From Clostridia bacterium (GTDB lineage Bacteria; Bacillota; Clostridia; JAAYHZ01), in NCBI GenBank assembly GCA_050950825.1, contig JBMNIH010000010.1, positions 96,001 through 160,000 of the forward strand: 64,000 bases of DNA, given 5' to 3'. The position numbers and the translations under genes are program-made. The notes below the pieces were generated by a model. It did no database searches and was not told the origin of the DNA. It saw only the letters and a list, made by a program, of their open reading frames with translations. Within the stretch, counting starts at the first letter, position 1. Each line of letters opens with the position of its first letter. Of this stretch, positions 30,655-46,534 are shown piece by piece.

Positions 30655-31575
30655 TTATGAAAGCTCCAGCATTCGATCCAAGCATCTTCGAGCTTTCTTG
30701 ATAATTTCTTCGCTTAACAGGATTTCATGCTGCATATCGTTCAAAGCGTTGTATACGTCGATTAGGTCTGTTTTTTTCATATTCACGCACAGCAAACATG
30801 GTGAAGGAAAATAAAGATCCGCATCGGGTCTTGCCTTTTTGATCGGATGTGCGACACCTTTTTCCGTCGCGATGATAAATTCTTTTTTGCTTTTTTCCTT
30901 GATGACGTAATCGATGATGGCCTTTGTGCTTCCGATAAAATCCGCATGAACCAACACTCCTTGGTTACATTCCGGGTGAGCTAAAAGCAAAGCATCCGGC
31001 TTTAACTCCTTCCACTTTACTACGTCCTCTTCTTTTAATGCTTCATGCACAATGCAGTAGCCGTCCCATAACAATATGTTCTTTTCGGGAATTTGTTGTG
31101 CAATATACATACCTAAATTTCTATCCGGTACGAAAATGATATCTTTTTCTTCCATCGAAGATATGACTTTTACCGCATTGGACGAGGTGACACAAACATC
31201 GCTTTCCGCTTTGACCTCCGCCGTAGAGTTGATATAACAGGCGACGGCGGCACCCGGATACTTTTCTTTCATCATTCTAACGTCTTCTCCGGTGACCATG
31301 TTCGCCATCGGACATCCGGCATTTAATGCCGGCAGCAATACCGTTTTGCTCGGAGAAAGTATCTTCGCACTTTCGGCCATAAAATGAACACCGCAAAAAA
31401 CGATAACGTCTTCTTTCGCTTGGCTGACAAATCGGCTGAGTGCATAAGAATCACCGGTTTTATCCGCTATCTCCTGAACTTCGGCTCGTTGGTATGTATG
31501 AGCGACGATAACCGCGTTTCTTTCTTTTTTTAATTCGCGTATCTGCTCAACAATTTGTTCCGGATCCATGATCAT
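30655..31575 (-). CDS. nadA: quinolinate synthase
   Basis: AHTYQ, GDS, FCGVHFMAE, AGCPMA, YINS, CIVH, HPEC, C..MK. Confidence 0.95.
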   Translation of the reverse strand: MIMDPEQIVEQIRELKKERNAVIVAHTYQRAEVQEIADKTGDSYALSRFVSQAKEDVIVFCGVHFMAESAKILSPSKTVLLPALNAGCPMANMVTGEDVRMMKEKYPGAAVACYINSTAEVKAESDVCVTSSNAVKVISSMEEKDIIFVPDRNLGMYIAQQIPEKNILLWDGYCIVHEALKEEDVVKWKELKPDALLLAHPECNQGVLVHADFIGSTKAIIDYVIKEKSKKEFIIATEKGVAHPIKKARPDADLYFPSPCLLCVNMKKTDLIDVYNALNDMQHEILLSEEIIKKARRCLDRMLELS

Positions 31576-31662
31576 GACAGTTTTCCTTTCCTATCCATTA
31601 ACAAATAACGATTACGGTTATTCTAATATGTATTCACTTTTTTGTAAAGTTAGCGGAAAATT

Positions 31663-31698
31663 AAAAAAGAAACCCGCATCTTGTTCGGATGCGGGATT
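31663..31698 (-). terminator. rRNA operon terminator
   Basis: CCCGCATC/GATGCGGG stem followed by a T-rich run on the minus strand, just after 5S. Confidence 0.8.
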
Positions 31699-31705
31699 CG
31701 TATAA

Positions 31706-31821
31706 TTCCGGCAGCGACCTATCTTCCCGAGGCGCCACGCCCCGGTATTTTCAGCACCGAGAAGCTTAACTGCCGTGTTCGGGATGGGAACGGGTGGGTC
31801 CTTCTCGTTATTGCCACCGAA
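31706..31821 (-). rRNA. rrf: 5S rRNA (ends approximate)
   Basis: CACCCGTTCCCATCCCGAACACGG..GTTAAGC..GGGAAGATAGG. Confidence 0.95.
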
Positions 31822-31898
31822 AATCTTTATTCTCTTCGCGCGCTTTTTATCGCACCCTCAAAACTGCATAATACGTCTTTTTTTCTTCAGCGACGACC

Positions 31899-34821
<2,923 letters not shown>

Positions 34822-35079
34822 TTTCCTTTGGTCCATCATTTCATATAGGTTGATTGTCCCAAGCTCGTCGCTTTTCCTGATTATTTTTTTAGCATTGTTT
34901 CAGCATTGTTTTTTTGTCGTTTTCGATAAAATTGCAGACTCAGTGAGTCACTCGTTACCGTTTTTTATTTCGGCTTCTCGTTTTAACTCTCTTTGTCTTC
35001 CTTTTTGTCGCGGTTCCATTCTTCATGGAACCTTTTGACGCATTATGCAGTTTTCAAGGTGCGATCGCTTGCGCGCTTT

Positions 35080-35155
35080 TGGTGGAGATAAAGAGATTCG
35101 AACTCTTGACCCCCTGCTTGCAAGGCAGGTGCTCTCCCAACTGAGCTATACCCCC
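35080..35155 (-). tRNA. tRNA-Ala (TGC) in the 16S-23S spacer
   Basis: GGGGGTATAGCTCAGTTGGGAGAGCACCTGCCTTGCAAGCAGGGGGTCAAGAGTTCGAATCTCTTTATCTCCACCA. Confidence 0.97.
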
Positions 35156-35242
35156 GTAAAAAGAACCTCGATGAATTTACAGTGTATTGAACCGTCAATC
35201 GACCTTATACGATTACGGCGAAATTTCTTCCGTCGTCAATCT

Positions 35243-36789
<1,547 letters not shown>

Positions 36790-36938
36790 AATCTTCAAAC
36801 CCTTTTTCGGGTCTCTTGTTTGTCCTGTCTTTTTTTAGACTTTTTGTCCCGTGCGATTTATTTCGCACTTTGGATTTACTTTTAAATGTTAAACTCTCGC
36901 TTTTTCAAGCTTAAGTTTGACGGGTTCAATACACTGTT

Positions 36939-37008
36939 CATTTTTCAAGGTTCTGTGCCGTCTCGCGACGGCTTGCTTATGATAACACAGCGATTCATTT
37001 CCTGTCAA
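36939..37008 (-). promoter_or_regulatory. rrn promoter and boxA antiterminator
   Basis: TTGACA-18 bp-TATCAT with extended TG; boxA-like ACCTTGAAAA at about 36942-36951, repeated in the spacer at about 35051-35060. Confidence 0.65.
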
Positions 37009-37097
37009 GGGTGATAAAAATGATTTTTTTAGCCGTTTTTGCCGATTATATGAATTTATACGAAGATAATTTATGAATTTAACTGTCTAGCTGTTGA

Positions 37098-37134
37098 ATA
37101 AAAGAAATACCGGCGGTGCCGGTATTCATTTTAT
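37098..37134 (-). terminator. terminator after gyrA
   Basis: AATACCGGC-3 nt-GCCGGTATT with T-rich tail. Confidence 0.75.
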
Positions 37135-37157
37135 CTGTTTTTTCTTTTTAATTTTCA

Positions 37158-39767
37158 TCAAATATCGTATTCGTCTTCTTCGTCGCTTTCATCCCAAGGA
37201 TCGCGATAGTCATCGTCCTCGTCTTCCGATTCGAAATCGTCCTCCCTGTACTTCGAGCGACAAATTCCGCTTTTCGCTCTTTTGTCCGCTTCGTTCAATT
37301 CGTCTTCTTCCTCCGCCTCGGGAATGATTCTTGCCAGGCTTACCACTTGGTTATCCTCCGTCGTCTTCATTAAGGTTACGCCCATGGTAATTCTGCCTAA
37401 CAAACTGATTTCCTTGACCGGAACACGAATCACGGTACCGTCTTTCGTGATCATGATGGCGTCGTCTTCTTCGTCCACCATCTTCATTCCCACGACTTTT
37501 CCGGTTTTTTCGGTAATCTTATACGTTCTTACCCCTTTTCCTCCCCGCTTAATGGTTGTATATTCTTTCGGGTCGGTTCTTTTACCGAATCCGTTTTCCG
37601 TAACAAGAAGCAGCGTACTGTTTTCCCAAACCACACCCATTCCGATTACTTCGTCGTCATCGTCCAGCGTGATTCCCTTTACGCCTTGGGCGGTTCTGCC
37701 CGTCGGCCGGACATCGTTTTCGCTAAAGCGTATGGCCATGCCGTTTTTGGTAACCAGTATAATATCGTCGTTACCGTCGGTAAGACGTACACTGATAAGC
37801 TCATCGTCTTCTCTTAGGGTGATGGCTGCAAGACCGCTTGTACGAATGCTGTCGTACTCGGAAAAGGCCGTTTTCTTAACAAGACCCTTTTTGGTGACAA
37901 ACATCAAGTACTTTCCGTCGCTATAGTCCCGAACGGGTATCGTGGTCTCTATCCGTTCGTCACTGTTCAATTCCAGCAAATTGACGATTGCGGTTCCTTT
38001 TGCTTGTCTTCCGGCCTCCGGTATAACGTATGCCTTTAAGCGGAACATGCGGCCTTTATTGGTAAAGAAGAGAATATAATCGTGGGTTGAGGTGGTAAAC
38101 AAATTAACCACATAATCCTCTTCTCGGGTGGACAGGCCGACAACCCCTTTTCCGCCCCTTCTTTGGCTCTTATACGTATCGCAAGGCAATCGTTTAATAT
38201 ACCCGAAATTCGTAATGGTGATTACGTTTTCTTCTTCTTCGATCAAGTCTTCGATATTAATGTCGTTATCTTCGGCTATTTCGATGCGAGTTCTTCTTTC
38301 ATCGCCGTACTTTTTCTTCATTTCAAGCAATTCTTCTTTAATGATTCCGTGAACCATATGAATATCGGCTAAAACCCTTCTGTAATAATCGATTTTTTCC
38401 TCCAATTCCGCATACTCTTTTTGCAGCTTTTCTCTTTCCAAACCGGTCAGTTGTCCTAACCTCATATCCACGATATGCTGGGCTTGGATTTCGGTAAACC
38501 CGAAATTTTCGATCAAACGGGTTTTCGCCACGGCCGTCGTAGACGAAGAACGAATGGTAGCAATGATCTCATCGATAATATCCAACGCGCGAAGCAAGCC
38601 TTCTAAAATGTGGGCTCTCGCTTCCGCCTTTTCCAAATCAAAACGCGTTCTTCTTTGAACGACATCCACCTGGTGATCCACGTAATGAGAAATGGCTTCC
38701 TTTAAGTTGAAAATAATAGGTACAAACCTGCCTTTTTCGTCCTGAGCCAATGCAAGCATGTTTACACTGAATACATCTTGCATTTGTGTGTATTTGTACA
38801 ATTGGTTCAAAACGATATTCGGGCTGGCATCTTTTTTTAACGTAATGGAAATGCGGATTTCTTCCTTGCGATCCGATTCGTCGGTGATATCGGCAATACC
38901 GTCAATTCTTTTTTCCTTGACCAGCTCGGCGATTTTAACGATTAATCTTGCTTTATTTACCAGATACGGTAAGTCCTTTACAATAATTTTATGTCTGTTG
39001 CCGACCTCCACGATCTCCGTATTTGCTCGGACGATGATTCGGCCTTTTCCTGTTCTGTACGCTTCTCTGATTCCTCGAAGGCCTACAATGGTTCCGTAAG
39101 TAGGAAAGTCCGGCCCTTTGATATATTGCATCAATTCGTCTACGGTAATATCGGGATTATCGATAAAAGCACAAATACCGTCAATAACTTCCCCTATATT
39201 ATGAGGGGGAATGTTCGTAGCCATACCTACCGCAATGCCCGAGGATCCGTTGATCAACAAATTCGGAACGCGAGAAGGCAGAACCACGGGTTCAAAATCG
39301 TGTTCATCAAAGTTCGGTTGAAAATCAACCGTATCTTTATTAATATCCGCCAGCATTTCCATGGCGATTTTATGCATTTTGGCTTCGGTGTAACGCATAG
39401 CGGCGGGAGGATCCCCGTCTCTGGAACCGAAGTTACCGTGTCCGTCTACCAAAGGATACCTTAAAGAAAAATCTTGGGCCATTCGAACCAAGCTGTCGTA
39501 TGCAGCCGCATCTCCATGAGGGTGAAAGCTTCCTAAAACGTCCCCTACCGTGGTGGCACATTTTCTGTAAGGCTTGTCCGGAGTAAGACCGGATCGATAC
39601 ATAGAGTACAGGATTCTTCGATGAACCGGTTTTAATCCGTCGCGAATATCAGGCAAAGCCCTGTCGACAATAACGCTCATGGCGTAATCGATGAAGGACT
39701 TCTTCATTTCTTCTTCTATATCTACCGGTATGATATGCTGATTTTTATTGATATCTTCGGTTGTCAT
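37158..39767 (-). CDS. gyrA: DNA gyrase subunit A
   Basis: [28 protein letters not shown], GyrA-box QRRGGKG, beta-pinwheel repeats, acidic tail. Confidence 0.97.
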   Translation of the reverse strand: MTTEDINKNQHIIPVDIEEEMKKSFIDYAMSVIVDRALPDIRDGLKPVHRRILYSMYRSGLTPDKPYRKCATTVGDVLGSFHPHGDAAAYDSLVRMAQDFSLRYPLVDGHGNFGSRDGDPPAAMRYTEAKMHKIAMEMLADINKDTVDFQPNFDEHDFEPVVLPSRVPNLLINGSSGIAVGMATNIPPHNIGEVIDGICAFIDNPDITVDELMQYIKGPDFPTYGTIVGLRGIREAYRTGKGRIIVRANTEIVEVGNRHKIIVKDLPYLVNKARLIVKIAELVKEKRIDGIADITDESDRKEEIRISITLKKDASPNIVLNQLYKYTQMQDVFSVNMLALAQDEKGRFVPIIFNLKEAISHYVDHQVDVVQRRTRFDLEKAEARAHILEGLLRALDIIDEIIATIRSSSTTAVAKTRLIENFGFTEIQAQHIVDMRLGQLTGLEREKLQKEYAELEEKIDYYRRVLADIHMVHGIIKEELLEMKKKYGDERRTRIEIAEDNDINIEDLIEEEENVITITNFGYIKRLPCDTYKSQRRGGKGVVGLSTREEDYVVNLFTTSTHDYILFFTNKGRMFRLKAYVIPEAGRQAKGTAIVNLLELNSDERIETTIPVRDYSDGKYLMFVTKKGLVKKTAFSEYDSIRTSGLAAITLREDDELISVRLTDGNDDIILVTKNGMAIRFSENDVRPTGRTAQGVKGITLDDDDEVIGMGVVWENSTLLLVTENGFGKRTDPKEYTTIKRGGKGVRTYKITEKTGKVVGMKMVDEEDDAIMITKDGTVIRVPVKEISLLGRITMGVTLMKTTEDNQVVSLARIIPEAEEEDELNEADKRAKSGICRSKYREDDFESEDEDDDYRDPWDESDEEDEYDI

Positions 39768-39907
39768 TTAAAAAAACTCCGTTCAATTTGTTTTGCCTTA
39801 TAATCTGTATCGTCTTATTATACTACATTTTGTTTAATAATTGTATACAAAATCGACGGTTTGCTCTTAAAAACGCCTTTGGAGGAGGAAAACCGGTTTT
39901 TTACGAA

Positions 39908-40753
39908 TCACGTTTTCGGTATTTTTACGATAAATTCGTAATATTCATCGTTATCCGTTTGTATGGTTTCCGCATCGATTCCGGACTTCACCATCATATC
40001 AATGGCTTGTTTTACCGTATTGACAAAAATACGAATATCCATCACCGCGCTTTTTTCTTTTTTTCTCAAGTTCGCTTTTTTGTGTCCCGCCACAAAATTT
40101 CGTGTCATGTCCTTTACCAGCATTTCGGTTTCTTGGACGTTCAAGTTGTTTTCACGAACCTTCCTCAATATTTTCAATTGATCCTCTTCATTATCGATCT
40201 GCAGCAAGCAACGGGCGTGGCGTTCCGACAAATGATGGTTCATAATAACGGTTTTCACCATGGGAGATAGGCGAAGAAGCCGAATTTTGTTAGCAATGGC
40301 CGCTTGGCTTTTCCCGATCTCCATGCCCAATTCTTCTTGGGTCATTTTGTACCGTTTCATGATCTGTTCGTATGCTTCCGCCTCTTCGATGCAGTTCAAA
40401 TCCTCTCTTTGCAAATTCTCTATCAATGCGATTAACGCCGAGTCAAGCTCGTCCACGTCAATAACCACGCAGGGTATTCGATCCAAGCCCGCCATAATGG
40501 CGGCTCGCAATCGCCTTTCCCCGGTAATCAGCTCATACTTTCCTTCCTTATTTTTTCTTACGTTCACAGGCTGTATGACGCCGTGGTTACGTATGGATTC
40601 GGATAACTCGGTCAGTGCTTTCGTATCAAATACTTTTCTAGGCTGATTCGGATTTTTTAAAATCTCATCCGGATGAAGATAGACGATATAACCGTCTTTC
40701 TTTTTCTTCAAGACTCTACCGATGCCCATGAAGGATAATTTTTTTTCAAGCAT
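39908..40753 (-). CDS. noc: nucleoid occlusion protein Noc, paralogue 2
   Basis: QPRK, GERRLRA, ENLQREDL, GKSQAAIANKIRLL, ERHAR, Noc-type C-terminus IFVNTVKQAIDMM..FIVKIPK; likely ATG 40753. Confidence 0.82.
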   Translation of the reverse strand: MLEKKLSFMGIGRVLKKKKDGYIVYLHPDEILKNPNQPRKVFDTKALTELSESIRNHGVIQPVNVRKNKEGKYELITGERRLRAAIMAGLDRIPCVVIDVDELDSALIALIENLQREDLNCIEEAEAYEQIMKRYKMTQEELGMEIGKSQAAIANKIRLLRLSPMVKTVIMNHHLSERHARCLLQIDNEEDQLKILRKVRENNLNVQETEMLVKDMTRNFVAGHKKANLRKKEKSAVMDIRIFVNTVKQAIDMMVKSGIDAETIQTDNDEYYEFIVKIPKT

Positions 40754-40811
40754 TGTTTGCACCGCCTATTTAAAATAAATGGGATCTGTTTTCGGTTCTC
40801 TTTCTCGCTTT

Positions 40812-41648
40812 TTATTGCTTGGGAATTCGAATGATGAATTCAATATAGGTTCCGCGGTCGAATTGTGCTGCTTTGGCTTTCACTCCGGCCTGCAGCATAA
40901 CATTGACGGCCTGTTTCACGCTTTTGACAAAAACGCGAATATCCTGAATCACCTTTTTGCGTTTATCCTCTTTGCTTTTGGCTGCCTGAGGCTCCGAGGA
41001 TCCGGAAAGAACTTTTTCTACCAAATTCTCCGACCTTTTTACGTTTAAGTTCTCCTCGCAAATCTTTTTCAGCACCTGAAGCCGGGACTCATCATCCGGT
41101 AGTCTTAATAGACAACGGGCATGGCGTTCCGTCAAATTGTTGTCAAGCAAAATCTTCGTTACCATAGGCGAAAGCTTCAGAAGCCTAAGTTTGTTTGCAA
41201 TGGTGGACTGGCTTTTTCCCAATTTAGCCGCTAAGCTTTCTTGGGTCATGTTATGTTCTTTTAAAATGCGGTAATATCCTTGGGCTTCCTCTATGTAATT
41301 CAGGTTTTCCCTCTGCAGGTTTTCAATCAACGCCATTAACGCCGAATCGTTGTCTCCAACATTTACCACCATGCAGGGTATTTTTGTCACCCCGGCCAAT
41401 CCGGCGGCACGAAGTCTTCTCTCCCCTGCGATAAGCTCGTACTTGTCGTTGCCTATCTTGCGGACGCTCAAAGGCTGTATAATGCCGTAGGTCTTTATGG
41501 AGTTGCTTAATTCCCGCAAAGATTCGTTGTCGAAAAATTTTCTCGGCTGGTAGGGATTCGGAATAATTTTATCCGAGTGAAGATAGATAATGTCGTTGTC
41601 ATCCTTTTTTCTTTTTTCCGCTTGTACCGTCAATCTGTTTTCCAACAT
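40812..41648 (-). CDS. noc: nucleoid occlusion protein Noc, paralogue 1
   Basis: PNPYQPRK, GERRLRA, GKSQSTIANKLRLLKL, TERHAR, AAQFDRGTYIEFIIRIPK. Confidence 0.88.
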   Translation of the reverse strand: MLENRLTVQAEKRKKDDNDIIYLHSDKIIPNPYQPRKFFDNESLRELSNSIKTYGIIQPLSVRKIGNDKYELIAGERRLRAAGLAGVTKIPCMVVNVGDNDSALMALIENLQRENLNYIEEAQGYYRILKEHNMTQESLAAKLGKSQSTIANKLRLLKLSPMVTKILLDNNLTERHARCLLRLPDDESRLQVLKKICEENLNVKRSENLVEKVLSGSSEPQAAKSKEDKRKKVIQDIRVFVKSVKQAVNVMLQAGVKAKAAQFDRGTYIEFIIRIPKQ

Positions 41649-41684
41649 AAAATCACCTCTTGCTTAAGATTTACAATATCTGTA

Positions 41685-41713
41685 ATTTCTACAAGCAAGA
41701 GGTAATTCCTTCT
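41685..41713 (-). promoter_or_regulatory. sigmaH-type promoter upstream of noc1
   Basis: GAAGGAATT-N12-TAGAAAT, resembling the sigmaH consensus AGGAWWW..GAAT. Confidence 0.5.
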
Positions 41714-41739
41714 TTCAAAAAGAAAAATTTTTAAATTTT

Positions 41740-42459
41740 TTATAAAGGTTTTTTGGAAGGGAGTCCCGCTTTTCTCGGATATTTTTCCGGAACGGTTCCC
41801 GTTAATTGAAAAACAACAATGCTGCGAGCAATATCCGTGTTCGGAAGGAAAAACCGATCACAGCGAACAAAGGTTGACCGAAGCTCGGAAAGAGCGTTTT
41901 TGCAAGAATCCAGCTCCTCATCCACATTCGAGCTTTTCATCGCTACAAAAATACCGCCTTTTTTTAAAAGAGGAATGCAATACTCCGCCAAAACCGGCAA
42001 AGAAGCTACCGCCCTGGCTACGGCGCAATCGAACTTTCCTCTGTATTCCGGAAGATGTCCGATATCCTCTGCACGGCCGTGGACATATCGGGCAGGTTCT
42101 ACGGATAACGCGCTTCCGCATTCACGAATGAATTCCACCTTTTTCGCCGTCGAATCCAAAAAGGTTACTTCTTTATCGGGATAAAGAAGTTTCAACGGCA
42201 TTCCGGGAAAACCGGCGCCGGTGCCCACGTCGATGATTGTCCGGCAATCCTTTACGTATTCCGCCGCCGTCAAGGAATCCAAGATATGTTTTACGACAAA
42301 CTCATAAGGGTCCTCGATGGACGTCAAATTCATAACGCGGTTTTTTTCCAAGACCATGTTCATATGCCTGTACAATTTATCGATCTGCTCCTCGGTTATA
42401 TCCTGTACAGGTCCCGATTTGATTATTTTGGCAAATTCGGTTATGTTCATTTTACTCAA
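41740..42459 (-). CDS. rsmG: 16S rRNA (guanine527-N7)-methyltransferase
   Basis: [38 protein letters not shown]. Confidence 0.95.
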   Translation of the reverse strand: MSKMNITEFAKIIKSGPVQDITEEQIDKLYRHMNMVLEKNRVMNLTSIEDPYEFVVKHILDSLTAAEYVKDCRTIIDVGTGAGFPGMPLKLLYPDKEVTFLDSTAKKVEFIRECGSALSVEPARYVHGRAEDIGHLPEYRGKFDCAVARAVASLPVLAEYCIPLLKKGGIFVAMKSSNVDEELDSCKNALSELRSTFVRCDRFFLPNTDIARSIVVFQLTGTVPEKYPRKAGLPSKKPL

Positions 42460-44375
42460 TCATCCTGTTCCGACTTTTCTTCTTTAGGACGTCTTCTTGT
42501 TTGCTCCAGATAAATTTGCAAAACGGCGATATCCGCAGGATTCACCCCGGATATACGGGAGGCTTGCCCCAATGATACCGGCCTTACCTTGGATAAAATG
42601 TCCCTTGCTTCGATTCGGATTCCTTCCACCTTGCCGTAATCTATGTTTTCCGGTATCTTTCGGTTTTCCAGCTTTTTAAATTGCTCCGCCTGCATCAATT
42701 GTTTGACTATATATCCTTCGTATTTAATGGCTATGGAGACCTGCTCCTGCACAGCATAAGGCAGCTGCTGTCTTCCGGGATCAATGGGCTCCAATTTGAA
42801 ATAGTCCAGCTCGGGCCTTTTGATCAAATCCTCCAATTTGAATCCGGAGGATATGGGCGTGCTGTTATAGCTTATCAACAGATCGTTTACCTCTTTCGAA
42901 GGAGGCACCGTGGTTTTTTTCACCCTTGCGATCTCTTGTGCAATCATTTCTTTTTTGCGGCAAAAAGCTTGGTACCGCTCGTCGCCGACCAAACCCACCT
43001 TCCAACCGATTTCCGTTAATCGCATATCCGCATTGTCCTGTCTTAACAAAAGCCGATACTCCGCCCTGGAGGTCATCATCCGGTAAGGCTCGGAAACACC
43101 TTTGGTTACCAAATCGTCGATCAAAACACCGATATATCCTTGGGATCGGTCAATAACCAAAGGTTCTCTTCCTTGTAATTTCAAAGCGCTGTTGATTCCG
43201 GCAATCAAACCCTGTGCCGCCGCTTCTTCATAACCGGAGGTTCCGTTGCTTTGTCCCGCGGAAAAAAGTCCTTTGACATTTTTGAACTCCAAAGAGGGTT
43301 TTAACTGAAGAGGATCAAAGCAATCGTACTCGATGGCATAACCGCATCGGGTGAACTTTACGTTCTCCAAGCCTTTCACCGTTCGCGCCATTCTTACTTG
43401 TACGTCTTCGGGGAGCGAAGAGGACATACCGGCCAAATACATCTCGTACGTATTTCTTCCCATGGGTTCTATAAAAATGTGGTGACGGTCCTTATCCGGA
43501 AATTTTACGATCTTATCCTCGATGGAAGGACAATACCTGGGGCCTTTTCCTTCGATTACGCCGCTGTACAAGGGAGACCGGTGCAAATTTTCCCGGATGA
43601 TTTGGTGCGTTTTCTCGTTGGTATGGGTCAGCCAACAAGATATTTGGTCAATTTCCAACTCCTCGTTCTCAAAAGAAAATGGAACCACTCGGTCGTCTCC
43701 CGGCTGCTCCGTCAATTCGGAAAAATCGATGGTTCTTTTGTTCACTCTTGCCGGAGTTCCGGTTTTAAACCGCAGCAGCTTAAGACCGTTTTTCACCAAG
43801 CATGCGGATAATCGAGCGGCGGGAAATTCTCCGTCCGGACCTCCGTCGTAAACCGTATCTCCGATAATGATTCGAGATCTTAAATAGGTACCGGTACAAA
43901 CCACAATGCATTTTCCGTAATACACGGTTCCCAAATTGGTTACCACGCCTTTTACGCATTTTTCTTGGTTTTCGTCGGTATCAAACAAAATTTCCACAAT
44001 CTCATGCTGCCGAATATCCAAGTTTTCTTGTTTTTCCAACACAAGCTTCATTTCCTGTCTGTATTTGTCTCGATCGATTTGCGACCGTAAGGAATACACG
44101 GCAGGACCTTTCGAGGTATTCAACATTTTGCATTGAATCATGGCTTTATCCGCGGTTTTGGCCATTTGTCCGCCTAGAGCGTCAATTTCACGCACCAAAT
44201 GGCCTTTTCCGGTACCGCCGATGCTGGGATTGCAGGGCAAATTGGCGATACGGTCCATGTTCATAACAAATACCACCGTGCTGCATCCCATTCTTGCGGC
44301 GGCCAATGCGGCTTCGCATCCCGCATGTCCCGCACCGATTACGATTACATCATATTCACCTGCTATATACGTCAT
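42456..44375 (-). CDS. mnmG: tRNA uridine-5-carboxymethylaminomethyl synthesis enzyme MnmG/GidA
   Basis: [56 protein letters not shown]; start probably 44375. Confidence 0.97.
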   Translation of the reverse strand: MTYIAGEYDVIVIGAGHAGCEAALAAARMGCSTVVFVMNMDRIANLPCNPSIGGTGKGHLVREIDALGGQMAKTADKAMIQCKMLNTSKGPAVYSLRSQIDRDKYRQEMKLVLEKQENLDIRQHEIVEILFDTDENQEKCVKGVVTNLGTVYYGKCIVVCTGTYLRSRIIIGDTVYDGGPDGEFPAARLSACLVKNGLKLLRFKTGTPARVNKRTIDFSELTEQPGDDRVVPFSFENEELEIDQISCWLTHTNEKTHQIIRENLHRSPLYSGVIEGKGPRYCPSIEDKIVKFPDKDRHHIFIEPMGRNTYEMYLAGMSSSLPEDVQVRMARTVKGLENVKFTRCGYAIEYDCFDPLQLKPSLEFKNVKGLFSAGQSNGTSGYEEAAAQGLIAGINSALKLQGREPLVIDRSQGYIGVLIDDLVTKGVSEPYRMMTSRAEYRLLLRQDNADMRLTEIGWKVGLVGDERYQAFCRKKEMIAQEIARVKKTTVPPSKEVNDLLISYNSTPISSGFKLEDLIKRPELDYFKLEPIDPGRQQLPYAVQEQVSIAIKYEGYIVKQLMQAEQFKKLENRKIPENIDYGKVEGIRIEARDILSKVRPVSLGQASRISGVNPADIAVLQIYLEQTRRRPKEEKSEQDD

Positions 44376-44415
44376 CTTTTCACCTTTTTTCATACCGGAT
44401 TCGAAATAAAATAAA

Positions 44416-45813
44416 TTATTTGCCTACACAAAAGTTTGCAAAAATTCTATCTATAATGTCGTCGGATGCCGTTTCTCCCGTAAGCAGCCCCAACCGATAC
44501 ACGGCTCCGTTCAAGTCGATGGTAACAAGGTCCACCGGGGTATTTTCTTTTAATCCCCGTATGGAATCTTTTACGTATTGATAAGCCGTTTCCAAAATGT
44601 TTTTATGTCGAACATTGGTTACGACGGTTTGGTTTTTCGTATCCAATTTCCCCGGAAGGAGCAATTCTTCCAATTTTTCGTACAACAAATTGATCCCTTG
44701 GCCGCTTTTTAACGATACGGCCACCGGTTTTCGACCGGTTTCTTTTTCTATGACAGCCGATCCTTCTTTTACTTTTTCCTCGGAAGCCAAATCGATTTTA
44801 TTTAATATCACTAAAATCTTTTTATCGTTAAATTTTTCGAAAAACTCTTTATCGTCTTCGTTCCATTCGCTGCGTACATCCGCCATATAAAGAATCAGGT
44901 CGGCTTTCTCCGCAGCTCCGTAGCTTTTTTCGATACCGATTTTTTCGATGATATCTTGGGTATCGCGAATACCGGCGCTGTCGGATAGATTGACAAACAC
45001 CCCTTTGATATTGGCATAGTCCTGAATAATGTCCCTCGTGGTACCGGGAATGTCGGTGACAATCGCTCGGTCGCTGCCTAAAAGCTCGTTAAGCAACGAT
45101 GATTTTCCCGTATTAGGCCTTCCTGCGATCAGCACGTTTACTCCTTCCCTGTGCACTTTACCGGTATCGTAGGTATCCATAATCCTTTTTATGGAGCTCT
45201 CGCATTCCTCTAAAGTTAAAATCAACCTGTCTATGACGGATTGCTCCATATCGTCGTCGTTAAACTCGATATGATATTCGATTTCCGCGCTGACGTTTGC
45301 TATACGGTCTTTAACTTCTTTCACCGCACGAGACAGTCTTCCTTCGATGTGGCTTATGGCAATTCTTCTTGCCGCATCCGTCTGGGCGGAAATCAAATCC
45401 ATAACCGCCTCCGCTTGCGATAAATCGATACGTCCGTTCAAAAAAGCTCTTTTGGTAAACTCCCCCGGCTCCGCTACCCGAGCGCCGGCTTTCACCGTTT
45501 CATGAAATACTTTATTGGTGACTACAACGCCGCCGTGGCAGTTAATCTCCACCGTATCCTCTCGAGTATAGGTTTTCGGTCCGTCCATTTTTATAAGCAG
45601 CACTTCGTCGATAACTTCCTCTTCGGCGGAAACGATTTTACCGTAAGCAACGGTATGGGATTTCATGTCCTTGACTTTAGTTTTGCCGCGAAAGATTTTG
45701 TCCGCGATGGAAAAAGCGTCGTCTCCGGAAATACGTATAATTGAAATACCGCTATTTACGACGGCAGTGGAAATAGCGGCAATGGTGTCACGGTCAAATA
45801 TTTGCATGTTCAT
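44416..45813 (-). CDS. mnmE: tRNA modification GTPase MnmE/TrmE
   Basis: [51 protein letters not shown]. Confidence 0.97.
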   Translation of the reverse strand: MNMQIFDRDTIAAISTAVVNSGISIIRISGDDAFSIADKIFRGKTKVKDMKSHTVAYGKIVSAEEEVIDEVLLIKMDGPKTYTREDTVEINCHGGVVVTNKVFHETVKAGARVAEPGEFTKRAFLNGRIDLSQAEAVMDLISAQTDAARRIAISHIEGRLSRAVKEVKDRIANVSAEIEYHIEFNDDDMEQSVIDRLILTLEECESSIKRIMDTYDTGKVHREGVNVLIAGRPNTGKSSLLNELLGSDRAIVTDIPGTTRDIIQDYANIKGVFVNLSDSAGIRDTQDIIEKIGIEKSYGAAEKADLILYMADVRSEWNEDDKEFFEKFNDKKILVILNKIDLASEEKVKEGSAVIEKETGRKPVAVSLKSGQGINLLYEKLEELLLPGKLDTKNQTVVTNVRHKNILETAYQYVKDSIRGLKENTPVDLVTIDLNGAVYRLGLLTGETASDDIIDRIFANFCVGK

Positions 45814-45910
45814 ACCTCAAACATGAAGTTTCTAATAACGGCATGCAATCCTCGTTTTCACTCGAGAAGAATGAAAACGAGGATTGAGACAGCCAAAAGC
45901 GATTTTTCTT

Positions 45911-46534
45911 TTAATGTTCCTTTACCTTGATAACTACTCTTCGGTTGGGTTCTTCCCCTATGCTGTAGGTTTCTACGTAGGGATTTTTCTGCAAAGAATA
46001 GTGAATGATTCTTCTTTCGTAAGGATTCATCGGTTCAAAGGTATGGCTTTTCCCCGTTCTGTAAACCTTCTTCGCCAAACGGTTGGCCAAATTGGACAAC
46101 GTTTGTTTTCTTTTTTCTCTGTAATTTTCCGTATCTACGATAACCTTTTTATATATTTCGCTGTTTTTGTTTACTACCAATCCCGTAAGGAATTGAATGG
46201 CATCCAAGGTTTCTCCTCTTCTGCCGATAATGACGCCGCCGTCTTTGCTGATAATATTGTATATGATGGTGTCCTCGTTTTCTCGAACCTCTACTTGTGC
46301 TTCCAAATCCATTTTCTTAAGAAGCGCTTGTAAAAATTCCTTTCCTTCGTGACTGATTCTCTTTTTTACGGTTACTTTGACTTTCGCCATGCGAGTGTTG
46401 AATAATCCGAAAATTCCTTTATTTCCTTCATCCAATACTTCTATAATGGCGTCATCTTCTTTGACGTTAAGTTCCGATAAAGCAAGATCAGTTGCTTCTT
46501 TTACCGTTTTTCCAGTTTTCTCTACCGAATTCAT
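45911..46534 (-). CDS. jag: RNA-binding protein Jag/EloR/KhpB
   Basis: Jag N-terminal domain, KH (IGRRGETLDAIQ), R3H (ERRIIH). Confidence 0.93.
   Translation of the reverse strand: MNSVEKTGKTVKEATDLALSELNVKEDDAIIEVLDEGNKGIFGLFNTRMAKVKVTVKKRISHEGKEFLQALLKKMDLEAQVEVRENEDTIIYNIISKDGGVIIGRRGETLDAIQFLTGLVVNKNSEIYKKVIVDTENYREKRKQTLSNLANRLAKKVYRTGKSHTFEPMNPYERRIIHYSLQKNPYVETYSIGEEPNRRVVIKVKEH

Noticed and set aside
34822-35079. Second tRNA or intervening element in the 16S-23S spacer
   Set aside because: Only short hairpins and a boxA are visible; there is no cloverleaf or credible ORF.
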